From the NCBI GenBank assembly GCA_963664405.1, contig OY761158.1, positions 1,344,001 through 1,408,000 on the forward strand: DNA of 64,000 bases, read 5' to 3'. Under the pieces are notes generated by a model, which saw nothing but the letters and a program-made list of their open reading frames with translations, ran no database searches and was not told where the DNA came from. The translations under genes and the position numbers were made by a program. Numbering within the stretch: position 1 is the stretch's first letter; every line of letters begins with the position of its first letter. Positions 56,200 through 64,000 of the stretch are shown in pieces. This DNA comes from Thermoanaerobaculia bacterium (GTDB lineage: Bacteria; Acidobacteriota; Thermoanaerobaculia; Multivoradales; Multivoraceae).

Positions 56200-59100
56200 A
56201 TTCCTCGCGAACGGCGGGCCCGGCTTCCGCTCCGCGGCAGATCCCTGCGATCCGCTTTCCGGAAGATCTCCCGATCTCGCAGAAGCGAGAGGAGATCGGC
56301 GCCGCGATACGCGACCACCAGGTCGTTATCGTCTGTGGCGAGACCGGCTCGGGAAAGACCACACAGCTCCCCAAGATCTGTCTCGATCAAGGCCGGGGTC
56401 GGCGCCAGCGCATCGGGCACACGCAGCCTCGTCGCATTGCGGCGCGCGCGGTGGCGGAGCGCATCGCCGAAGAGCTCGACAGCGAGCTCGGCGAGCTCGT
56501 CGGCTACAAAGTGCGCTTCTCCGATCGAACCACTCCAAAGGTTGCAGTGAAGCTGATGACCGACGGCATCCTCCTCAACGAGATCCAGCGGGACCCTCTG
56601 CTGCGCGAATACGACACCTTGATCCTCGACGAAGCTCACGAGCGCAGCCTCAACGTCGATTTTCTTCTCGGCTACATGAAGCGGATTCTCCCGCGGCGAC
56701 CGGAGCTGCGGGTGATCATCACCTCCGCCACTATCCAGCCCGAGGCTTTCGCCGACCATTTCGGCGCGGCGCCGATCATCGAGGTCTCAGGGAGGACTTA
56801 CCCCGTGGAGGTTGTCTATCGGCCCGTCGATGAAGACGCCGAGGAAGACAACGATTATGATCTGCAGCTACTGGGTGCCGTCGAAGAAACCCTGGACTAC
56901 GGTCCGGGGGACATCCTCATCTTCTTCTCTGGAGAACGTGAGATCCGCGAGGCCGGCGAGCTCCTCGAGCGGCACTATCGAGACCGTCTGCAAGTACTCC
57001 CTCTCTTCGGGCGTCTCGCCTCCGACGATCAGCACCGAATCTTCAGTCCCGGAGCTCAGCGCCGCGTCGTTCTCGCCACCAATATCGCCGAGACCTCCCT
57101 GACCGTCCCTGGGGTCCGCTACGTCATCGATACCGGGCGGGCTCGCATCAGCCGGTTCAACCCCCGTACCAAGGTGCAGCGCCTCCCGATCGAGCCGATC
57201 TCCAAGGCCAGCGCCAAGCAGCGAGCCGGACGTTGTGGTCGCGTCGCCGACGGAGTGTGCACTCGCCTCTACTCAGAGGAAGATTTCGAGGAGCGCGACG
57301 ACTTCACTCCTCCCGAGATCCTGCGAACCAACCTCGCGGCGGTGATCCTTCAGATGAAAGTCATGGGGCTTGGCGACCTCGAGGACTTTCCCTTTCTCGA
57401 CCCCCCCGACCCTCGAGCAGGCCGAGCAGGCCTACGCCTGCTCCAAGAGCTTGGCGCCCTCGACGAGCAAGGACAGCCGACTGAATTGGGGCGAAGGCTC
57501 AGTCGCTTTCCGGTCGATCCCAGAATCGGCCGCATCATCCTCGCCGCCCACGACCGAGGATGTCTACGAGCGGCCTTGATCATCGCCTCGGCCCTGAGCA
57601 TCCAGGACCCTCGGGAGCGACCGAGCGACAACCCAGAGGCAGCCGATCAAAGCCACGCCCGCTTCGACGACCCACGCTCGGACTTTCTCGGAATCCTAAA
57701 ACTCTGGGATGAGCTTCTGAGCAAGAGGGAGTCACTGTCGCGCAACCAGTTTCGCAAGTGGTGCAAGGCCTCCTTTCTGTCGGCCTCCAGAGTGCGGGAG
57801 TGGAGCGAGGTCCATCGCCAGCTCGGCCAGATCTGCCGCGAGCTGCGAGGGATGCGTCTGCCCAGAGCGCAAGGGCCGGTCGGAGAGCTCGACGAGGCCG
57901 GCTATGCAGCGCTACATCGGGCCCTCCTCACCGGCCTACTCTCCAATGTAGGCAACCGAGAAGAAGAGGGCTCGCGCTATCGGGGAACGGCCAACAAGAC
58001 CTTCTGGGTGTTTCCCGGATCGGCGCTGTTCAGGAAACAGCCGAAGTGGATCGTCACCGCTGAGCTGGTCGAGACCGCTCGTCTCTACGGTCGAAGATGC
58101 GCGGCCTGCGAGCCGAAGTGGATCGAGGAGGTTGCCACCCATCTACTGAAGCGCTCGCACTCCGAGCCGTGGTGGGACTCTCGCAGCGGCCTCGTCATGG
58201 CCAAGGAGAGTGTGAGCTACTCGGGCCTGGTCCTCGCTGCGGGCCGTCGAGTGGACTTCGGCCCGATCGATCCGACTGCCGCGCGCGAGATCTTCTTACG
58301 CTCCGCGCTCACCGAAGGTCGTCTTCGCAAGGCTGAGGCGCTGCTGGATCACAATCGTAGACTCATCGTCGAGATCGCTGACCTCGAGGACAAGGCACGA
58401 CGCCGCAACATTTTCGTCGGTGAAGAGGCCCTCTACCGCCTCTACGAGCAACGAGTTCCGTCGGCAGTACGGGACGCCCCTTCTTTCGAGGCCTGGCGAC
58501 GTCGAGAAGAGTCGGCGACGCAGCTGCTGCGGTTCACCCGCGAAGACCTCGTCCTCGAAGGAGCCGGCGAGCTCGACTCCAACGACTTTCCCCACACTTG
58601 GCGAATCGGCGAGCTCGAGCTACCGCTCAGCTACCATTTCGAGCCCGGCAGCCAAGAAGACGGGGTCAGTGTCGAGGTTCCGCTGGCTCTCCTCGGCGGA
58701 CTGCGGCCAGAGCCTTTCGAGTGGCTTGTACCCGGCTATCTCTCTGAAAAGGTTCTGGCCTTGGTCCGCACGCTGCCAAAGAGGCAGCGCAAGAGCTTTC
58801 TGCCACTGGCCGAGACGGCGGACGCCTTCCTCGACCTTCGCGAGGCGAGAAGCCCATCGCTCCTTGCCTCCCTGCAGAGCTTCCTCGAGCGTCGCGGCGG
58901 ATTTCAGCTCGGGCCTCGTCCTTTCGACGAGCAACGCGTACCCGAGTATCTACGCGTTCGCTTCGTTGTCGTCGGCGATGAGGGCAAGCCGTTGGGCGAA
59001 GGCAGAGACCTCTCGGAGCTTCAGGAGAGGCTCGCAGCCCAGACTCGGGAAGAGATTGCGACGCTGTCGGCCGGCTCCCCGTGGGAGCGCCCCGCACTCC

Positions 59101-59963
59101 AAGCCTGGGACTTTGGCGAGCTGCCGGAGGCCGTAGAGATCGTAGGAGGGGGATCTCGCCTTCTCGCCTTTCCGGCGCTCATCGACCGCGGCGAATCTGT
59201 CGACCTGGGCCTCTCCGACACTGCTGAGCGGGCGACGCTCCTGAGTCTGGTCGGAGTCAGCCGCTTGCTGCTACTAACACTTCCGGAACAGGACGAAGTG
59301 GCACGAAAGGCAATGCCGACGAGCCTAGACATGCGCCTCCGAGTCCTCCCTTCGTGCCCTTTTCCTGGCAGTCTCGCCGCTACCGAGCGCAGTCCCGGCT
59401 CAGAGCTTGTTCTCGCCGCCGCCCGCAGCCTGGTTAGCTTGCTGCCACGAACGTCTTCAGACTTCCGCGAGATCCGGGAAATCCTCCGAGGAAGGCTTTG
59501 GCAACGGGCAAGCGAGCTTGCCGGTCTCGCCGAAAGCTGTCTCGAAGGCGCGAGCCTGGTTGCCGGTCGGATTGCCTCATGGCAGCCCGGCCAGACTCGC
59601 ACAGACATCGAGAGCCAACTACAGCACCTATTCTTCCGGGGCTTCCTGCTTTACACGCCCTATCGCTGGCTCCCCCGCCTCCGTTGCTATCTACATGGGC
59701 TTGAGCTTCGTCTCGACAAAGCGAGTCAGGATGCCCACCGCGACCTGCAGCCTCTGGCCGACCTAGAACCTGTTTGGCAGCCCTTCTTGGCTGCGGCGAA
59801 GGAGCACCTGGAGGCCGACAGCGACCGCGAGCCTTGGATCGACTACCGGTTTCGCATAGAGGAGCTGCGGCTGTCGATCTTCGCGCAAGAAGTGAAGACT
59901 GCGATGCCGGTATCGACAAAACGCCTTTCCAAGCTATGGGGCGAGCTGGTCGATGACCCCTAG
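56196..59963 (+). CDS. hrpA: ATP-dependent RNA helicase HrpA
   Basis: GETGSGKTTQLP, DEAHERS, SAT, TNIAETSLT, QRAGRCGR, IEELRLSIFAQE; TTG start overlapping the upstream TGA. Confidence 0.95.
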   Translation: MNSSRTAGPASAPRQIPAIRFPEDLPISQKREEIGAAIRDHQVVIVCGETGSGKTTQLPKICLDQGRGRRQRIGHTQPRRIAARAVAERIAEELDSELGELVGYKVRFSDRTTPKVAVKLMTDGILLNEIQRDPLLREYDTLILDEAHERSLNVDFLLGYMKRILPRRPELRVIITSATIQPEAFADHFGAAPIIEVSGRTYPVEVVYRPVDEDAEEDNDYDLQLLGAVEETLDYGPGDILIFFSGEREIREAGELLERHYRDRLQVLPLFGRLASDDQHRIFSPGAQRRVVLATNIAETSLTVPGVRYVIDTGRARISRFNPRTKVQRLPIEPISKASAKQRAGRCGRVADGVCTRLYSEEDFEERDDFTPPEILRTNLAAVILQMKVMGLGDLEDFPFLDPPDPRAGRAGLRLLQELGALDEQGQPTELGRRLSRFPVDPRIGRIILAAHDRGCLRAALIIASALSIQDPRERPSDNPEAADQSHARFDDPRSDFLGILKLWDELLSKRESLSRNQFRKWCKASFLSASRVREWSEVHRQLGQICRELRGMRLPRAQGPVGELDEAGYAALHRALLTGLLSNVGNREEEGSRYRGTANKTFWVFPGSALFRKQPKWIVTAELVETARLYGRRCAACEPKWIEEVATHLLKRSHSEPWWDSRSGLVMAKESVSYSGLVLAAGRRVDFGPIDPTAAREIFLRSALTEGRLRKAEALLDHNRRLIVEIADLEDKARRRNIFVGEEALYRLYEQRVPSAVRDAPSFEAWRRREESATQLLRFTREDLVLEGAGELDSNDFPHTWRIGELELPLSYHFEPGSQEDGVSVEVPLALLGGLRPEPFEWLVPGYLSEKVLALVRTLPKRQRKSFLPLAETADAFLDLREARSPSLLASLQSFLERRGGFQLGPRPFDEQRVPEYLRVRFVVVGDEGKPLGEGRDLSELQERLAAQTREEIATLSAGSPWERPALQAWDFGELPEAVEIVGGGSRLLAFPALIDRGESVDLGLSDTAERATLLSLVGVSRLLLLTLPEQDEVARKAMPTSLDMRLRVLPSCPFPGSLAATERSPGSELVLAAARSLVSLLPRTSSDFREIREILRGRLWQRASELAGLAESCLEGASLVAGRIASWQPGQTRTDIESQLQHLFFRGFLLYTPYRWLPRLRCYLHGLELRLDKASQDAHRDLQPLADLEPVWQPFLAAAKEHLEADSDREPWIDYRFRIEELRLSIFAQEVKTAMPVSTKRLSKLWGELVDDP

Positions 59964-59999
59964 TCTCGGCGCCCCCCGAACCGTCTCGAGTGCCTGGCG

Positions 60000-61031
60000 C
60001 TAGGGCGAGGGAGCGGCACCAGGGGCACCCAGCTGCGGCATGTACTCCTCGAGCGCGGCCGCGAGCAAAGGAGTGAAGACGGCTCGTCCTTCGGCATTCA
60101 TGTGGTCGCCATGCGAGTAGTGCGACTGCTGCAATCGATCTTCGACCGAGAGATCCAGGAGCGGAAAGCCCTGGTCTTCGAGGTAGTTCCGTAGCGCCCG
60201 CATGTACACATCCAACTCGGCCACCTGGGCTCGGCGGCTCGGTTCGCTTCGCGGGGCCCTCTTCATACGCACAAATACCATCGGGATCTCGCTGGAGCGG
60301 GCCACCCGAATGATGTCCGGAAGGAACGTCAGGTGCAGCATCCGATCAAAATCGAACAAGCGGTCATCCATGACAAGGCCCGCCGCGCGATCTAGGACCG
60401 CAAGGTCCTTCTCGTCGCCATCGAAAGTCCTCGCGACGGCTTCGTCGGCCGACTCTGGCGGATGGCCAGAGACCAAGGCCGCCGTCTTCTTCAAGGACCG
60501 CTCGAAGAGATCCCGCAGCTCGCTACGCCGATCGACTAGAGACCAGTGGCGACCAAGGAAGACAAAGACTGGGCTGCGCGAGCTCTTGAGAACCCGGCCC
60601 GTGACCTGCTCGTCGCCCTCATCCAGCACAGCCTCGAGCTGCCGTACGGCCTGCGGCCCGACCAGAACGCTCCCCAAGGTGAGAAAGTTGTCACGAAACA
60701 GGAGCGCCACTAGTCCCGGGGGGGGCTCGGCCTCGGCCACGAAGTTCTTGAGTACTAGATACCACCAAGCACTGGCGGAGGCACCGGCCCACAATATCCC
60801 GGTGTTGCGACCGGTGAGACTCTCGAACTGCTCGAGGTCGACGCCCCAGCTCAGAATGGAGTCACCTAAGAGGATCACCTCCGCCGGATCCTGTTCCATC
60901 CGCCACGACCAGCCACCGGCGACCTCACTCTCATAGTCGAGGGGCTGGGTGATCTCCTCGATCACCGGAAGCGCCCACGTCGCCAGCCCGACCACGCCTA
61001 CAAATGTCGCCAGCTGTAGCGTGGCCCTCAC
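60000..61031 (-). CDS. SGNH-like O-acyltransferase partner (AlgJ/DltD-like)
   Basis: N-terminal anchor, LLGDS, C-terminal GDHMN; follows an MBOAT gene. Confidence 0.7.
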   Translation of the reverse strand: MRATLQLATFVGVVGLATWALPVIEEITQPLDYESEVAGGWSWRMEQDPAEVILLGDSILSWGVDLEQFESLTGRNTGILWAGASASAWWYLVLKNFVAEAEPPPGLVALLFRDNFLTLGSVLVGPQAVRQLEAVLDEGDEQVTGRVLKSSRSPVFVFLGRHWSLVDRRSELRDLFERSLKKTAALVSGHPPESADEAVARTFDGDEKDLAVLDRAAGLVMDDRLFDFDRMLHLTFLPDIIRVARSSEIPMVFVRMKRAPRSEPSRRAQVAELDVYMRALRNYLEDQGFPLLDLSVEDRLQQSHYSHGDHMNAEGRAVFTPLLAAALEEYMPQLGAPGAAPSP

Positions 61032-61063
61032 CCCTTTTCCCTCCCGTCGCTCATCTTAGCCCC

Positions 61064-62455
61064 TCAGAACTGAAAGTAGATGAAGTCCTGTGCGCTCTCG
61101 CGAGCGAAAATAGCGAGAGCGACAACGGCTACCCCTACGAGTGTGGCACGAAGGACGCGATGCTTCTCAATGTCTAGCCGACCGAGCCAGTCCAGGACCA
61201 GGAGCGGAGAACTGTAGAAGAGAATCAGCAAGAGCAGGACCAAGAGCACCAGACTCGAGTCCGGCCCGATCTCCCAGCCAAAATTCCCAGACACACCAAC
61301 TAACCAGGCCAGACTTGGGGCCCGGAAGATGATCCAACCGATCACCGTTGCTGTGAACATGACGCACCACGCCACACCCCGTCGCAGAGGGCCCTCCGGC
61401 CTCCACTCAGCTCCGAGGCCGAGGCTCCGATAGGCGAAGAGAAGGAGCGCGTGAAAGACCCCCCAGATGACAAAGTTCCATGCCGCTCCGTGCCACAAAC
61501 CGCTCAGTCCCATGGTCAATAGGAGCACTCCGAACTGGCGATGAGCGCCACGAACTCGTGAGCCTCCCAGAGGTATGTAGAGGTAGTCCGTAATCCAGCT
61601 GGAAAACGAGATATGCCAACGGCGCCAGAAATCGGAGGGCGAGATGGCCGAATAGGGCGCACGGAAGTTCTCTGATAGGTGGAGCCCCAAGAGACGTGCG
61701 CTGCCACGGGCGATGTCGGTGTATCCGGAAAAATCGGCGTAGATCTGGATAGCGAAGGCAAAGCCTCCGACCATCAAGAGCGGGGCGGACGGCGCCTGCA
61801 AGGCGAAGATCTGATCTACGTAAGTGGCGACGTTGTCGGCGACCAAGAGCTTTTTCACATAGCCGCGAAGAATGAGTGGCCAAGCCGAGTGGAAAAACTC
61901 TGCCCTCCAGTGCCGCGGCGTCTCAATCTGAGGCAGAAGGTTCCGGGCGCGCTCGATGGGACCGGCCACAAGCTGGGGGAAGCAGGATACGAAGAGGGCG
62001 AAGGCCACAAAGCGACGGCGAGGCTCGAGGATCCCTCGGTAAACATCGATCGTGTAGCTCAACGACTGAAAGGTGTAGAACGAGATGCCCACGGGCAGGA
62101 ATATGCGCAGCTCGATTGGGCTGGTCGCGAATCCGAGAGCACCGAGGGCAGCCTCCCAGCTCTCGGCGAAGAAGCCGAAGTACTTGAATACGCCAAGCAT
62201 GCCCAGGTTCATGAGCACGCTCGCCACTAGCCACAGCTGCCTGCGTTGCGGATGGCTCCGCATCGCCAGGGCACACACGTAGTCCACCGAGGTCGAGACC
62301 GCGATCAGGATGCAGAACCAAGGGTGAACCCAACCGTAGAAGAGATAGCTAGCACCGAGCAGAAAGACGTTCCGAAGCTGGTTTTTCCTTATCAGCCAGA
62401 AACCGACAACGACAACCAGGAGGAAGATCAGATAGGTGAAGCTGGTGAAGATCAT
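61064..62455 (-). CDS. MBOAT O-acyltransferase (AlgI/DltB-like)
   Basis: LPVGISFYTFQ, FPQLVAGPI, QIYADFSGY, FWRRWHIS, GLWHGA. Confidence 0.95.
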   Translation of the reverse strand: MIFTSFTYLIFLLVVVVGFWLIRKNQLRNVFLLGASYLFYGWVHPWFCILIAVSTSVDYVCALAMRSHPQRRQLWLVASVLMNLGMLGVFKYFGFFAESWEAALGALGFATSPIELRIFLPVGISFYTFQSLSYTIDVYRGILEPRRRFVAFALFVSCFPQLVAGPIERARNLLPQIETPRHWRAEFFHSAWPLILRGYVKKLLVADNVATYVDQIFALQAPSAPLLMVGGFAFAIQIYADFSGYTDIARGSARLLGLHLSENFRAPYSAISPSDFWRRWHISFSSWITDYLYIPLGGSRVRGAHRQFGVLLLTMGLSGLWHGAAWNFVIWGVFHALLLFAYRSLGLGAEWRPEGPLRRGVAWCVMFTATVIGWIIFRAPSLAWLVGVSGNFGWEIGPDSSLVLLVLLLLILFYSSPLLVLDWLGRLDIEKHRVLRATLVGVAVVALAIFARESAQDFIYFQF

Positions 62456-62622
62456 CTCGGTTGGTACCAACTGACCGGGAGTCCCTTGCGCAAGCGCGAC
62501 GATCGTATCTGAGTCTGTAGCTGGTCGGACCTTCGCAGGTCCTGACGCCAGGGTATCCTCTGTCTCGCTTCTCAGGTCGCTCGCGAGAGTTTCGCCGCGA
62601 AGCCCTGTTGGCGAACCCCCGG

Positions 62623-64000
62623 ATGTCACTACCCTCCCTCGCCGTCAATCGACCGGTGCTCGCGAACCTGATGATGATCTTGATCGTCATCGGTGGTCTC
62701 CTGAGCTACCGAAACATGGGGCAGGAGATCTTTCCCCAGATCTCCACCGAGATGGTCACAGTGTCGACCTTCATGCAGGGGGCCTCACCGAAAGAGATTG
62801 AACAACTCCTCACCATCCCTCTCGAAGAGGAGATCTCGAAGATCGACCAGATCGACAACATCACCTCGACCTCGGCCGAGAACTTCTCGACCATCGTGAT
62901 CCAGTTCGACGTCGGTATCGACAACATCTTCGAGAAAGTGACCGAGATCCAGAATCAGATCGAGAAAGTAGAGCGCTTCCCCGCGGAAGCCGAAGCGCCG
63001 GAGGTGCGAGAGCAGAAGCCCAGCTTCGAGACCATCACGATGGCCGTGGTCGGCAAGGCGCCGGAGAAAGAGGTGAGGGAGTTCGTCATCGACTTCGAGA
63101 GCGCACTGAAGGCCATCGCCGGAGTCGCCGAGGTCGATGTCAGCGGGCTGCGCGAGCGAGAAATATGGATCGAGGCCGACCCCTACCGCCTGCAGAGCTA
63201 CGGCCTCTCATTGCAACATGTGGCGGAGAGCTTGGGCCGCCGCAACCTCAACCTTCCGGGAGGTTTGATCCGATTCGATCGCGGCGAGCTCTCGGTTCGA
63301 ACCGAAGCCGAGTTTCGCGACCTCGATGAGATTCTGGGCACGATCCTGCGTCAGGACGACAGCGGAGGCTTCGTCTATCTGAGGGATGTCGCCACCGTTC
63401 GCGACACCTTCGCTGAACGAATGACTCTGGCCCGGCTCGACGGCGACCCTTCGATCAACATCAACATCAATAAGGACACCACGTCCAGCGCCATCGAGAT
63501 CGTCGCTGATGTAAAGGAGGCGATATCCGTCTTCGAGGCCCGTCTGCCCGCCGGAGCTGAGATCCGAGTCGTCAACGACAGCTCGATCGACATCTCGAAT
63601 CGCCTGCGCGCACTGTTTCAGAACTTCTCGGTCGGTCTGCTTCTCGTCGCCCTGTCCTTTACTCTCGCAATCGGCTGGAGAGCAGCCCTCATCATCAGCG
63701 CCGGCATTCCGGTGGCTTTCCTCGGTGCCTTCATCTTTCTCAACGCCTACGGGTTCACTATGAATCAGCTGGTGATCACCGCCATGATCATTGTCCTCGG
63801 CCTCATCGTCGACGACGCCATCGTGGTGTGCGAGAACATCTACCGCCACCTGGAGGCAGGCATGCCGCTCCGCCGAGCTGCAGTTTTCGGCGCAGAGCAG
63901 ATTATGGGGCCGATCGTGGCAACCGTCCTCACTTCGGTGGCCGCGTTTCTTCCGCTCCTAATGATGACCGGCACGATCGGCAAGTTCATGCACCCGATCC
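62623..64000 (+). CDS. RND efflux permease (AcrB/AcrD/AcrF family); 3' end runs off the window
   Basis: Manual translation MSLPSLAVNRPVLANL..EIFP..GASPKEIE..GLIVDDAIVVCEN..AFLPL. Not in the ORF track. Confidence 0.93.
   Translation, partial: MSLPSLAVNRPVLANLMMILIVIGGLLSYRNMGQEIFPQISTEMVTVSTFMQGASPKEIEQLLTIPLEEEISKIDQIDNITSTSAENFSTIVIQFDVGIDNIFEKVTEIQNQIEKVERFPAEAEAPEVREQKPSFETITMAVVGKAPEKEVREFVIDFESALKAIAGVAEVDVSGLREREIWIEADPYRLQSYGLSLQHVAESLGRRNLNLPGGLIRFDRGELSVRTEAEFRDLDEILGTILRQDDSGGFVYLRDVATVRDTFAERMTLARLDGDPSINININKDTTSSAIEIVADVKEAISVFEARLPAGAEIRVVNDSSIDISNRLRALFQNFSVGLLLVALSFTLAIGWRAALIISAGIPVAFLGAFIFLNAYGFTMNQLVITAMIIVLGLIVDDAIVVCENIYRHLEAGMPLRRAAVFGAEQIMGPIVATVLTSVAAFLPLLMMTGTIGKFMHPI

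Noticed and set aside
895-60002. Many genes ending in TAG/CTAG as a sign of pyrrolysine or recoding
   Set aside because: The proteins end at their family-typical C-termini with no in-frame continuation; C before TAG is expected at high GC3.

Overview
GC-rich (~64% by eye) bacterial chromosomal window. Gene content and remnant motifs suggest Acidobacteriota (inference). It has about 55 CDS and no rRNA, tRNA, CRISPR array or transposase. Left third: P5C dehydrogenase, an AhpD-like/TetR/alkenal-reductase operon, DUF3604, a ferritin-like protein, single-chain acyl-CoA carboxylase, Baeyer-Villiger monooxygenase, FKBP, a thiolase-like protein and an S9 peptidase. Centre: a 16-gene complex I-like operon in permuted order (J-K-mrpD-x-mrpD/L-M-N-A-B-C-D-EF-G-H-I-CBS) with four antiporter-like subunits and a NuoE-NuoF fusion. 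Right: hipBA, secreted proteins, cyclase, MPG, M20 peptidase, Tat-enolase, asnB/ArnT-type transferase, hrpA, an MBOAT/SGNH pair and a partial RND permease. Main signals not shown by the ORF track: (1) the AhpD-like gene continues in frame through a TGA at a CxxU motif followed by a SECIS-like hairpin, so it is a probable selenoprotein heading a redox/electrophile operon with its own promoter and TetR operator; (2) two families of dispersed palindromic elements, including 166-bp CTAG-bounded hairpins that share a core but have different terminal stems; (3) three hipB operators at exact 50-bp spacing; (4) many gene-fragment scars.
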